A DNA stretch of 64,000 nucleotides from Eledone cirrhosa (taxonomy: Eukaryota): positions 201,190,001 to 201,254,000 of the forward strand of contig OZ024742.1 of NCBI GenBank assembly GCA_964016885.1, read 5' to 3'. Positions 14,478 through 31,512 of the stretch are shown here, one piece after another (position 1 is the stretch's first letter; each line of letters opens with the position of its first letter). The notes below the pieces were generated by a model, which was given only the letters and a program-made list of their open reading frames with translations, ran no database searches and was not told where the DNA came from. Both the position numbers and the translations under genes were made by a program.

Positions 14478-15674
14478 TATGCCCAATCTCAAATCTTTTC
14501 TCCGCCAGCTCCATTCTATCCTCAAGCGATTTCTCCCCCCCCCCCTATATGCATCCAATCCTCCCCGCATCTCTCCAACCTCATCTTCACCAAAACACGA
14601 TACAACAGTCACATCACATTTTTAAGTCACTATCTCCACCACCTCATTCCCTGCGGTTTCCGCCTCAAGTTTCACCCCATCTCTTACTCTGCTCCCACCA
14701 CTGAGCCCATCCTTACCTGCTCCTCTCGCCAGCTCATGCGTGCGACCATTCGATCAACTCTCGCCCAAATCCGTTCTCTCGACCGAGATCTCCCCAAGGC
14801 CTACCTCCATCTCTCCTCCACTTGCCACCCTTTCCTCGCCCAATCCCTCATCCAATTCATCGTTTACCTCAATCGCCTCCTTTTCAATTTCGTCACTTCC
14901 GCAAAAAACCCATAAACTCGACTCTCTCCCTCACCCGCCTGCCGTTACCACCCATACTCATGTCACCTCCATCCCTAACACCTCTATCCCGTCACCTACC
15001 ACTGAATCTGCACACACTTTGCCCAACCACCTTGGCCCCTCCGCTTCCGTCTCTTTCGCTCCCTCACGTCCCTGCGCTGCATTTACCATACCCTAGGACC
15101 TACCACTCTCTGAAGCTGAGCGCTCCCTCCTCGCCCGTGGTTTGCGTTTTATACCAACCACATCTATCTGCGACGAGTTCCGCACACGTGCCGAGATTGA
15201 AGGGTTCTTCCGTCGATTAAAGCTGACAGCATTTTTTCACGACACGCCATCATCAACACAGACGGATGACTGCACTCGTCTCAGTCGCCGGCAATCACAT
15301 TGGACGCCGAGCTCTGGCCAGTACAGCACCCTCGACTCCTTTGTCGATACTTGCCGGCGTACTGTGAATCGGTTCCGTTTCCACCAGCATTCTCGTCGCT
15401 CTAACATCACGTGAACTGAGCTCTCCGCTCTTCGCAACCTTCGGTGACGCGATGACATTGTCATTAAACCCGCTGACAAAGGTAGCGCTGTGGTGGTTTG
15501 GAGCGCTGACCTCTATAGGGCTGAGGCTCTCCGCCAGCTTTGCAATAACCTTTTTTACCGCCCTTTATCCTCCGACCCCAGTCTTGGCTACCAACAACTC
15601 GTGTCCTCCACCATCTACGAGCTCATCTCCTCCTCTTACCTCCCCCCCCTCCCCCCACAGCCACCAAACCTTAT
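14478..15674 (+). pseudogene. PLE ORF N-terminal region, disrupted
   Basis: HITFLSHYL...PCGFRLKF, LSEAERSLLARGLRFIPT, DDIVIKPADKGSAVVVW, which are typical PLE pre-RT motifs. Confidence 0.85.
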
Positions 15675-15687
15675 ATATACATATATA

Positions 15688-15946
15688 TCACCTTGATCGA
15701 CCAGGTCTGTCGGGCGCCAATCGGCGCCGCTGGTCACAGCACGTCGTGCTGTTTTAGCCATATATAGATAACATAACGCCATCCCACTGGCTGGGTGGGC
15801 AGGCCGGTACTCATTTCTACAGCTGAGTAAACTGGAGCAACGTGAAATAAAGTGTCTTGCTCAAGAAAACAACACATCACCCGGTCCGAGAATTGAACTC
15901 ACAACCTTTCAGTTGCAAGCAATGCTTTAACCACTAATCCACTAAG
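15688..15946 (-). mobile_element. tRNA-derived SINE (CORE/Meta-like body)
   Basis: Reverse complement has an A/B-box head and ttgagcaagacactttatttcacgttgctccagtttactcagctg, shared with 42600 and 62336. Confidence 0.7.
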
Positions 15947-16135
15947 CTCCTGTGGGAGCCCCTTCATGGTCACACTGGAAGAGGAAGACCAAGGTTAAGG
16001 GATGTTGATGCCCTAAGGACAGACACTGGTCTGTTGGAGACGCAGGACATGGTAGCGATAATGAGGGACAGAGACCACTGGAGAGAACTCGTCCTTGGAT
16101 CTCGGGAATTTTACCCGCCCTAGAGAGATAGATAT
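15945..16135 (+). mobile_element. RTE-clade LINE 3' end fragment
   Basis: High similarity to the reverse complement of 18357-18535 (LLWEPLHGHT.RGRP...DALRTDTGL). Confidence 0.85.
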
Positions 16136-16139
16136 ATAC

Positions 16140-16174
<35 letters not shown>

Positions 16175-16663
16175 AGCGTATGTGTATGTATGTATACTAA
16201 ATTTATATATATATATATCTCACTGTGTACTTGAATCTGATCATGTCATGGGTATCTTATTAGCAACAACATTTACTCCCTTTGTACTATCGTATATGTC
16301 TTTCTATACACGTTTTTCATGAAACATGCAATGGTAGAGTTACTGTTAATTATCCCAGCCACATCAAACACGGAATTATATGTACATGAACTTTTTCAGC
16401 AGATAATTTATAAGCAAAAGTTATATAAACTAATAGCTTATTCAAATATCAGTGCCGAATGATTACATTACACTGACGATGAAAAAATATCCTGAACCAC
16501 TAATTACATCCCGCTAATTAATGGTTCTACAATAAGAGATTGATAAATGTATCAAACTTTAAGCTTACAAGTTCTAAGTTATCGATAAAATCAACGATAA
16601 TCTTTCGTGTTTAGCCAACATAATCGCAGGATAATGAGTAAAACCAGTGAAAGAATAAAAGCC

Positions 16664-16800
16664 TATATATAAATATTCTAATAGAGATGTATTTAGAAAC
16701 ACATACATGTTTATATGTTTATTTATAATAAACTGTGTGCTCATTGTGCTCTGATTATGTCTCGAGTTAAATGTGATATGTTCACAGGTTAAGAAACTCA

Positions 16801-16849
<49 letters not shown>

Positions 16850-17012
16850 ATCTATATATATATATATATATCGATATGAGTTTCTTAACCTGTGAACATA
16901 TCACATTTAACTCGAGACATAATCAGAGCACAATGAGCACACAGTTTATTATAAATAAACATATAAACATGTATGTGTTTCTAAATACATCTCTATTAGA
17001 ATATTTATATAT
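16664..17012. repeat. Fold-back inverted repeat, ~143-bp arms with an (AT)n loop
   Basis: 16664-16806 is the reverse complement of 16870-17012. Confidence 0.9.
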
Positions 17013-17219
17013 AATTCTTTATATAAATATATATATATATATATATAAGAAATAGGGTTTCGCTTCAAGCATAGCTTTATACAATATGTATAAATATTTC
17101 GTATCTCCAAAGTAATACGGTTTTAGGAAGCCGTAGCTATACAAACACCGAAGTGTGTGGGGGGCCTAACGCCCTCTGGTGATGTCCCCCTTGCTTCTGC
17201 TGGACACCACCAGAGGGAG

Positions 17220-17448
17220 AATTCAGCATCCGATATCTTTTTCGCCTTAACTCTCCTGCTTTGAACCGGTGCTACAGTAAAGCCAGAGTCCTGTCAACCA
17301 CAAACTGGAAGTGGAAGACCAAGGTTAATGTATGTTGATGCCCTAAGGACAGACACTAGTCTGTTGGAGACGCAGGACATGGCAGCGATAATGAGGGACA
17401 GAGACCGCTGGAGAGAACTCGTCCATGGATCTCGGGAATTTTCCCGCC
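17220..17448. mobile_element. RTE LINE fragment with internal inversion
   Basis: 17220-17260 matches 19110-19150 (element - strand); 17300-17448 is the element 3' end on the + strand. Confidence 0.75.
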
Positions 17449-17519
17449 TTATATATATATATATACACATGTACATATGTATGTATATGTGTATATGCAT
17501 GGGTGCATGTGTATGTATC

Positions 17520-17974
<455 letters not shown>

Positions 17975-18351
17975 TGTATGTATATATATATGCGTGATTG
18001 TCTGGCCTATTTTGGTATCTTTCCCATAATGTATCCATGTAATTATTAATTATTTTTTCATCGTATATATATATGTGAATGTGTGTGTGTATGTGTGTAT
18101 ATATAAATATTTATGTATGTGTGTATATATATATATATTTATGTATGTGTGTGTATATGTATATATATATATACGTCTGTGTGTGTGTATGCGTGTGCGT
18201 ATGTATATATATATATATATATATAAATACATAATCGGAGAAAGCTAATAGCGATACACCGGCCAAATATATATATATATATATATGAATGTATGTATAG
18301 ATGCGCGCATGTAATTTTATGTGTGTGTGCATGTATGTATTTTTTATAAGT

Positions 18352-19309
<958 letters not shown>

Positions 19310-19442
19310 TGTGTATAATTATATACACACATATATATGTGTATATATATCATTTTTTTTCCGTTATACGATATTATTTTAACTCAACCTCACTTTCATT
19401 TTTAATAGATATCAATTTCAAAATTTATATGCAAAACATAAC

Positions 19443-19516
19443 TATTTCATCTGATGAACGGGCCGGACGCTCCTATAAGGAGCATCTAGTTTCTTGAAGC
19501 CTTAGGTAATGGAATA
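19443..19516 (+). ncRNA. Hammerhead-like motif with long stem II (GAAA mutated to GAAG)
   Basis: tatttcat-CTGATGA-acgggccggacgctcc tataa ggagcatctagtttctt-GAAG-ccttag-GTA-atggaata. Confidence 0.6.
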
Positions 19517-19619
19517 ATTATATTGTGTTGCTTATTATGTAATTAAATAGTTATGTACCATACGTAGAGCGTTCTTCTTTCCTTTACCTTTTCTACGGAA
19601 ATACTTTATATATATATAT

Positions 19620-19780
19620 AAAATAATTAAGTCAAATAGGTAAAATTTGGCTTCGTTTATTATAAATTATAGATATACTGCTATATATATTTCGGTGACA
19701 GTCACCGAAATATATATAGCAGTATATCTATAATTTATAATAAACGAAGCCAAATTTTACCTATTTGACTTAATTATTTT
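19620..19780. repeat. Perfect 160-bp palindrome centred on ggtgac-a-gtcacc
   Basis: Arms mirror around 19700. Confidence 0.9.
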
Positions 19781-19930
19781 ACATTACTCCGGAGTAAATA
19801 AACCAGTCTGCGTACTTCGTCAAGTGCTCCAATGTGCATACTGAGGTGTCGGTAAACAACCTACATATTTTACAGGTTTGTGTGGCTGGTAATCTCACAA
19901 GAGGCTGCAGTACTCTTAACAGAGTTTGCA

Positions 19931-20009
<79 letters not shown>

Positions 20010-20038
20010 AAAGAATAGAGGTGTAACACACAAGTTAT

Positions 20039-20442
20039 TATATATTGGTAAACGGAATAGAAAATGCTGACAAATTGTTCACAGTTGAAAAATGGTTTAA
20101 TTAGGAATAAAAGAGTATTAGTAATTGTATGGGTTAGTATTCAGTTGTGGTTTTAAGTTTTTAAGTTTTTACCGGTTGCGCATTTCTAAATGCTTTTCAA
20201 AAATAATTTTGAGATAGAGTGTCCGTGCTGTTTGCTCTGATCAGAGCAAACAGCACGGACACTCTATCTCAAAATTATTTTTGAAAAGCATTTAGAAATG
20301 CGCAACCGGTAAAAACTTAAAAACTTAAAACCACAACTGAATACTAACCCATACAATTACTAATACTCTTTTATTCCTAATTAAACCATTTTTCAACTGT
20401 GAACAATTTGTCAGCATTTTCTATTCCGTTTACCAATATATA
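20039..20442. repeat. Perfect ~400-bp palindrome containing a degenerate HHR in each arm
   Basis: Centre tctga|tcaga at 20240/20241; ttt-TTGAAAA-gcatttagaaatgc-GCAA-ccg-GTA-aaa at 20278-20315. Confidence 0.9.
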
Positions 20443-20459
20443 TATATATATATATATCT

Positions 20460-21500
<1,041 letters not shown>

Positions 21501-21755
21501 TTTGAGTCCCAATCTCAGCTGTCTTCCACTCGACCCCCCCCCCACTATTAAGGGCATTCATCCTTGACTTCTATCCCCTAGGTTCATTTTCGGCCTGCTT
21601 AAAGAAGAGTGGTAGGATGAAGCACGAGTCTAACAGCAGTGCTTAATAACAATTGCTACAGATAACATGGCCTGAGAGCAGACCTGATTAAATTGTTGCA
21701 GCCGTATGGAATAGAAATCTCTCGTCGTTGAATGCTTTTGGTGAGTAAAGGTAAC

Positions 21756-21942
21756 AGAAGAAGAAGAAGAAGAAGAAGAAGAAGAAGAAGAAGAAGAAGA
21801 AGAAGAAGATAAAGAAAAAGAAAAAAAAGAAGAAGAAGAAGAAGAAGAAGAAGAAGAAGAAGAAGAAGAAGAAGAAGAAGAAGAAGAAGAAGAAGAAGAA
21901 GAAGAAGAAGAAGAAGAAGAAGAAGAAGAAGAAGAAGAAGAA
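21756..21942. repeat. (GAA)n microsatellite
   Basis: Direct reading. Confidence 0.95.
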
Positions 21943-24210
21943 TATATATATATATATATACAAGAACAACAACACATCCTCCAATGCTTCTTTTCACCAC
22001 CCTCTAGATTACTGTGGCTACGTTATAAAAGATTAGCTTTCCTTCGGGTGTACAGCGACCACACTACCAACACCTACACCTTGCCATTTCCTCATTAGTA
22101 TCTTTTCATTGACATCATTAGACAAATTTTATTGCCGCAAACTCATTGCCGTCATCGCTGCATAACCACCCCTATATTACTTTATTACAAGCCGATTATT
22201 ATTGTTATTAATTTCTTTCATTCATTTGTAAAATAATGTTGGAGAGTTTACACGTCAAATGTCAGACATCATAGTTTCCAGTTGAAAAGATTAGGAATTA
22301 TTTTATTCCTTTAATAACTTCTGACCAAAAAGCCGTGTCATCGATTAGATTCGGTTATTGATTAAAATATTAAATTATTGACTAATTATAACCCGAGACA
22401 GTTTAAAAAATAAAACGAATCGAAATGAAAGCGAAATGAACTGAAAATGATCGTGTTAAAATGATGGACAATTTTCGTTAGGGTAACTAACTAATTTTCT
22501 AAAAGAAAGTGAGAGTTAAAAATTAATTGAAACGACGCCCTAATATTATACTGTAAAATCATTTTCATTTTATTGACGCCCGGGATAATGAAAACAGAAA
22601 GTTATCTCCGCTGACATCGTATTTCATTTCAGCGAAGAATTACATTGTATCGCAACTTGATTGGTTACAGCTGTGTACTAAATATAAGACGCCGTAATAA
22701 ACAACCATAAAATAACAACTTGTGACACAAATGAACATTAAACTAGATATAATTGAAAAAACTGCAACAGAAACGGTCTGCTTAGACGTCAGTTAATAGA
22801 TAGATATTCTATATCTAAAGAAAGGTATTGTGTATCATGATGAAGTAAGTGCCGGAAAATTAAACAGTACGTCTGTAACAGAGAAAGGGAAAGTTCTTTT
22901 AAACTTCTTCCCAACACCAACACACCATTAATTTAAATACAAAAGCTACAAGAATATAACATTTCGTTACCGAAAGAAAAATGTGAATGTAAAGAGCATA
23001 GGACAAAATACCTTGCGGCATCTGTTCCAGTTCTCACTGACAGTAGCTTTATCTTGTTGGGCTCGATAAAATAAAGTTATAGTCCAGAACGACGTTTTGT
23101 TTTTGTGTTCTTAGTTCAAGTCCGGTAGTGGCCAGTTTAGACTGTAGACTTAATTTTCTTTAAACATTGTTTCCCAGTCTTTCTACCATCCTTTTGTAGC
23201 TCCCAACAAATAGAATATTTGCTTGGAGCATACTTTATTGTTGGTTACTTGCCACATTGTTGGGAGTAGCTTCCAATTAAACAATAAATGATAACAAAAT
23301 AAATTCAAGGAAACTAGTCAGCACATTCAGATGATAGGTTTAACGATACTCGAAAGAAATAGATTAATGAAGCCAATCTTTTTTACTCTTGCTACCGAAA
23401 TCTCTGTGGCTTAAACATGGGTTCTAATTTTAGTGTGAGGCTTACTATATATTGATTAAACACATAGATTTGTCTCCAGTATACATATTTACATTTCTAA
23501 TATATATTTCTATACGGCATTGCAAAAACAAATTACGAAAAAAAAAAACGAAAAAAAAAACGAAAAAAAAAAACGAAACCATACGGTGGAAACATTTACA
23601 TAGTTTATGTCACAATGTTAAAATAACATAGAAACGAAAAAGTATTTGTTATATATATATATATATATATTGGCTGAAATATAACGACACATTTTTTTCA
23701 TTCGGTAATCTAATTTAATCAATAGTGAAACATGATTTAGTTACCTAAAGATGTTAAGGAAATATCTGAAGACTTTGAAATGGATCTTGAAAACGTGTTT
23801 AATTTAAATATCGTTTTAAAATGCAAATCTTAGGATCAGTGTCTTAATATTCTGGGATTTCAAGATGAAGAAAATTTCAGAATCTTTGAACAAGTATTAT
23901 AGTATTGGTGAATAAAAAATAAAAAAGGAAAAGTGAGACAAAATATGAAAATAAACCTAAATTGATATTTGAATGTCATGCAAAATTATAATTTTATGAA
24001 CAAATTAATTTTAAAAAGCTTAAGATACTGAAATATCTTCAATAATGCTGCTGTTTTCCATCGTTTTATGAATGTTTACAAGGATGTTTGGAAGATTGTG
24101 GTGCAAATAAAATTGTTTTAATTACATTTCAAAAAGATCTTAAAATTTTTACGTCAAAAATTTTCAAAATCTTGCCAACATAATTTTTACATATTTCTAT
24201 ATATTTGTGT

Positions 24211-24900
<690 letters not shown>

Positions 24901-25457
24901 AACCGCGATAATATTGCTATTTTTGCTGAACGCCTTACACTTGTAGAGTTTTTTCTCGGAATGTGTTTTGACTGTTGTTTCATTGAAACAGACATTCGTC
25001 TCATTCTGATGTCACCAACTATGTCTCTCCATGTGCGTTTATTTTTCATAATTACGTATGAGGTGAAATAGCTTGTCTTTAAATTACGTTTTTGGCATAT
25101 TCTACAGTGGTTTTAGGGTTATCGTGTTTGAGCTCTGCTGATGAACGACTCCAACCGTGACCATCCCCACTGAAAGTTTCGCGAAATAGTCTTTTTAAGA
25201 CTTTACAGAGCATTTGTAGTTTTTCCAAATTGAAGGATGAGTATTTAAGCTTTATTTTATTCTGAGTTAAGGCTCTATTGATTTTTTCCCTGGATTTCAC
25301 AAAATTCTATGGATTAATCTGTCTTGATTTTTTTTTTTAATTGAGTTTGAATTATTTTCCCACATCTTACGTTAACTATTTTTCCATTTGAGGTTATAGT
25401 CACTTATATATTATGGAATACTGTTGGCTTCACGCTCACAACAATTTCTATACTTTA

Positions 25458-25551
<94 letters not shown>

Positions 25552-25627
25552 TAATATATATTTACATACACACACGCGTGCACACGCCCACTCACACACA
25601 CGCGCGAGTGCACACACATACACAGAT

Positions 25628-25677
<50 letters not shown>

Positions 25678-25687
25678 ATATATGTAT

Positions 25688-26161
<474 letters not shown>

Positions 26162-26620
26162 ATGTGTGTGTGTGTGCGTGTGCGCGCGTGTGTGTATGTA
26201 AATAGGAGACCCAGAAATGTCCGTAGGTGTCAATAGAATGATTAGTGATATTCGCTAATATAGAAGCCGAAGAATTATTTCTCACGTCCTACCAATATAA
26301 TAATATTGTTATTAATATGCTTCATGTAGAAAAAAAAGTAACATCATTTTAATTAATTATGATTTATAGTTCGGGAATTAATCAATCTGTTCAAAATGTT
26401 AAGCTTCCCGATCAATGCACTTTAGCAATTGATTTTGAGCATAATTCGGCGAAACTAAAGCGATTGATCAATAGAAGCCGATTAATTACAATTTTTTAAA
26501 CTCAGTCGAAAATACATGCATATATACATGCTTACACTCATACATGCACACACACACATATATAGCATATGTGTTTATATATGTATATATACATATATAC
26601 TAGATTGATGTATATATATA

Positions 26621-27344
26621 TAGTATTAAGGATACTATTTATGGTTATGTATATACTAAAACTTTTTATAGTTATATATATTTTAAACCATAAACAGTGA
26701 AAGTCAGTAATTTCTTACTACCTTATTACCAGTAAGATAAATAGCTCAATGTAGTAACATCAGTTGTTTTACAGAGCAGTTATATAGAATTCACAGGAAT
26801 CAAAGCTATGTTTAAAGCATTTAATCACTTACAATTGTTTCATCGAAACCGCGGTTGGAATCTTCGGAGCATTTTTCAATGTTTGTACACATAATTGACC
26901 TCCTTTCCAACGTAAGAGACATACAGATACATATGTATATATTGATGTACAGTGGGGTGACATATATTATATTATTTCTGAAAGGCAATTTAAATTCAAA
27001 AACAAAATCACATTAAAACAGAATCAAAGCACAATTAAAATTAAAATTAAAATACAACATCAATGAAATATTGATGTTGTATTTTAATTTTAATTGTGCT
27101 TTGATTCTGTTTTAATGTGATCTTGTTTTTGAATTTAAATTGCCTTTCAGAAATAATATAATATATGTCACTCCACTGTACATCAATATATACATATGTA
27201 TCTGTATGTCTCTTGCGTTGGAAAGGAGGTCATGTATGTGTACAAACATTTAAAAATGCTCGGAAGACTGCAAGCCTCGGTTTGGATGAAACAATTGTAA
27301 GCGAATAGATGCTTTGAACATAGCTTTGATTCCTGTGAATTCTA

Positions 27345-27345
<1 letters not shown>
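26621..27345. mobile_element. Fold-back of two pLTR copies of the 391-3012 PLE family, each with an HHR-like motif
   Basis: 26621-27062 matches the reverse complement of 2575-3012 and 27070-27345 matches 2575-2850; HHR-like motifs at 26828-26870 (-) and 27258-27302 (+). Confidence 0.85.
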
Positions 27346-28762
<1,417 letters not shown>

Positions 28763-28908
28763 CAATGAAGTAATACCTTCGGAAACGTCCAGGAAGAAAG
28801 GGTGCTCTATGTAGGTTACAGAGCTTAATAGTTATGTAATAAACAACATAAGGTGTATTTATTGATATTGGATTTTAAAATCCAATGTCAATAAATACAC
28901 CAGGATTT

Positions 28909-28969
28909 TTTCATTCTGATGATTGAAAGCAAAATTTATTTGCTTTTAAGAAACCACTGGTAAATTAAA
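28909..28969 (+). ncRNA. Type-I hammerhead ribozyme with 11-bp stem II
   Basis: tcatt-CTGATGA-ttgaaagcaaa attta tttgcttttaa-GAAA-ccactg-GTA-aatt. Confidence 0.8.
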
Positions 28970-29304
28970 TAATTGCCTTATCTTGTTTATTACACAACTA
29001 TATATATATAAAAATAAATAACGAAACGAAATTAAATTAAATTTCGTTTCGCTTCTAACTCACTTTTGTATGACTGACGCTTAAACAATTAAGTTAAAGT
29101 GTACATCTACATATGTATACGGAAGTATTAGTATGCATATAAATACACACATGTATACATATGTACATGTACTCAGTTTTTCACTAGACACTTTACAGTG
29201 AGTGTCAGCTAGTCTGTATGTAACCACACAGACGGACCGGGTTTTAGAGTCATACGAGTTTTCAAGGAAACACATTTCCTCTATTCTCCAGAGGGCCAGA
29301 CAGG

Positions 29305-29349
29305 AATATTGGACTAGTTTCGATGTAATTACATCTCATCAGCAATATT
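29305..29349 (-). ncRNA. Minimal type-I hammerhead ribozyme
   Basis: aatattg-CTGATGA-gatgtaattacatc-GAAA-cta-GTC-caatatt. Confidence 0.9.
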
Positions 29350-29747
29350 TACCCATCTTCCGGCTTCTCTGGAGAATTGTAAAAGTACATATCGTTATAT
29401 GCTTTTTCTATGAAAATTAGTAGTGGGTAGACTAATTTGCATAGAACGTGAGTCATTGTACGCACCGGTTCAGCGGAAACGATAAAAACAAATAACGAAA
29501 CGAAATTAAATTTCGTTTCGCTTCTAACTCACTTTTGTATGACTGACGCTTAAACAATTAAACGGAAGTATTAGTATGCATATAAATACACACATGTATA
29601 CATATGTACATGTACTCAGTTTTTCACTAGACACTTTACAGTGAGTGTCAGCTAGTCTGTAAGTAACCACACAGACGGACCGGGTTTTAGAGTCATACGA
29701 GTTTTCGAGGAAACACATTTCCTCTATTCACCAGAGGGCCAGACAGG

Positions 29748-29792
29748 AATATTGGACTAGTTTCGATGTTATTACATCTCATCAGCAATATT
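29748..29792 (-). ncRNA. Minimal type-I hammerhead ribozyme
   Basis: Same motif as 29305-29349. Confidence 0.9.
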
Positions 29793-30258
29793 TACCCATC
29801 TTCCGGCTTCTCTGGAGAATTGTAAAAGCACATATCGTTATATGCTTTTTCTATGAAAATTAGTAGTGGGTAGACTAATTTGCATAGAACGTGAGTCATT
29901 GTACGCACCGGTTCAGCGGAAACGATAAAAACAAATAACGAAACGAAATTAAATTTCGTTTCGCTTCTAACTCACTTTTGTATGACTGACGCTTAAACAA
30001 TTAAGTTAAAGTGTACATCTACATATGTATACGGAAGTATTAGTATGCATATAAATACACACATGTATACATATGTACATGTACTCAGTTTTTCACTAGA
30101 CACTTCGTTTCGTTATTTGTTTTTATCGTTTCCGCTGAACCGGTGCGTACAATGACTCACGTTCTATGCAAATTAGTCTACCCACTACTAATTTTCATAG
30201 AAAAAGCATATAACGATATGTGCTTTTACAATTCTCCAGAGAAGCCGGAAGATGGGTA

Positions 30259-30303
30259 AATATTGCTGATGAGATGTAATAACATCGAAACTAGTCCAAT
30301 ATT
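30259..30303 (+). ncRNA. Minimal type-I hammerhead ribozyme
   Basis: aatattg-CTGATGA-gatgt aata acatc-GAAA-cta-GTC-caatatt; canonical core, 7-bp stem I, palindromic stem III actagt. Confidence 0.9.
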
Positions 30304-31157
30304 CCTGTCTGGCCCTCTGGAGAATAGAGGAAATGTGTTTCCTTGAAAACTCGTATGACTCTAAAACCCGGTCCGTCTGTGTGGTTACATACAGACTAGC
30401 TGACACTCACTGTAAAGTGTCTAGTGAAAAACTGAGTACATGTACATATGTATACATGTGTGTATTTATATGCATACTAATACTTCCGTATACATATGTA
30501 GATGTACACTTTAACTTAATTGTTTAAGCGTCAGTCATACAAAAGTAAGTTAGAAGCGAAACGAAATTTAATTTCGTTTCGTTATTTGTTTTTATCGTTT
30601 CCGCTGAACCGGTGCGTACAATGACTCACGTTCTATGCAAATTAGTCTACCCACTACTAAAATTCATAGAAAAAGCATATAACGATATGTGCTTTTACAA
30701 TTCTCCAGAGAAGCCGGAAGATGGGTAAATATTGCTGTCTGGCCCTCTGGAGAATAGAGGAAATGTGTTTCCTTGATAACTCGTATGACTCTAAAACCCG
30801 GTCCGTCTGTGTGGTTACATACAGACTAGCTGACACTCACTGTAAAGTGTCTAGTGAAAAACTGAGTACATGTATATATGTATACATGTGTGTATTTATA
30901 TGCATACTAATACTTCCGTATACATATGTAGATGTACACTTTAACTTAATTGTTTAAGCGTCAGTCATACAAAAGTAAGTTAGAAGCGAAACGAAATTTA
31001 ATTTCGTTTCGTTATTTGTTTTTATCGTTTCCGCTGAACCGGTGCGTACAATGACTCACGTTCTATGCAAATTAGTCTACCCACTACTAATTTTCATAGA
31101 AAAAGCATATAACGATATGTGCTTTTACAATTCTCCAGAGAAGCCGGAAGATGGGTA

Positions 31158-31202
31158 AATATTGCTGATGAGATGTAATAACATCGAAACTAGTCCAATA
31201 TT
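31158..31202 (+). ncRNA. Minimal type-I hammerhead ribozyme
   Basis: Identical to 30259-30303. Confidence 0.9.
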
Positions 31203-31417
31203 CCTGTCTGGCCCTCTGGAGAATAGAGGAAATGTGTTTTCTTGAAAACTCGTATGACTCTAAAACCCGGTCCGTCTGTGTGGTTACATACAGACTAGCT
31301 GACACTCACTGTAAAGTGTCTAGTGAAAAACTGAGTACATGTACATATGTATACATGTGTGTATTTATATGCATACTAATACTTCCGTATACATATGTAG
31401 ATGTACACTTTAACTTA

Positions 31418-31510
<93 letters not shown>

Positions 31511-31512
<2 letters not shown>

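Larger units (their letters stand above)
11840..15674 (+). mobile_element. Penelope-like retroelement, circularly permuted: RT-GIY-YIG 3' part, pLTR with HHR, then ORF 5' part
   Basis: IYFLPKIHKQNNPGRPIVS, YQQVSGVAMGTRMGPNYAN, YIDD, PCFRSRCSTC, VVYALRCSLCGSLYIGQTGR; the N-terminal part LARGLRFIPT...FFRRLKL...DIVIKPADKG lies downstream at 14480-15674. Confidence 0.9.
29011..31421. repeat. Array of a 469-bp HHR-containing monomer (retrozyme-like): ~2.3 units on -, ~2.8 units on +, inversion at ~30103
   Basis: Repeated near-identical short ORFs (29081, 29524, 30333, 30721, 31232); + strand unit starts at 30104 and 30573. Confidence 0.9.

Noticed and set aside
16590-16640. Degenerate HHR on the - strand (ctgcga...aaacacgaaagatta)
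   Set aside because: The core lacks a base and the stems are weak; not counted
23730-24190. Weak resemblance to a BTB/BACK-type coding remnant (SEDFEMDLENVF...EENFRIFEQVL)
   Set aside because: Multiple stops, very AT-rich and no diagnostic motif; cannot be supported without a profile search
25132-25192. CTGATGA...GAAA hammerhead candidate
   Set aside because: No convincing stem I, II or III pairing
29011-31421. CRISPR-like array or multicopy small protein gene
   Set aside because: Whole 469-bp units repeat with no unique spacers; the 64-78 aa ORFs have no recognisable motifs and occur on both strands
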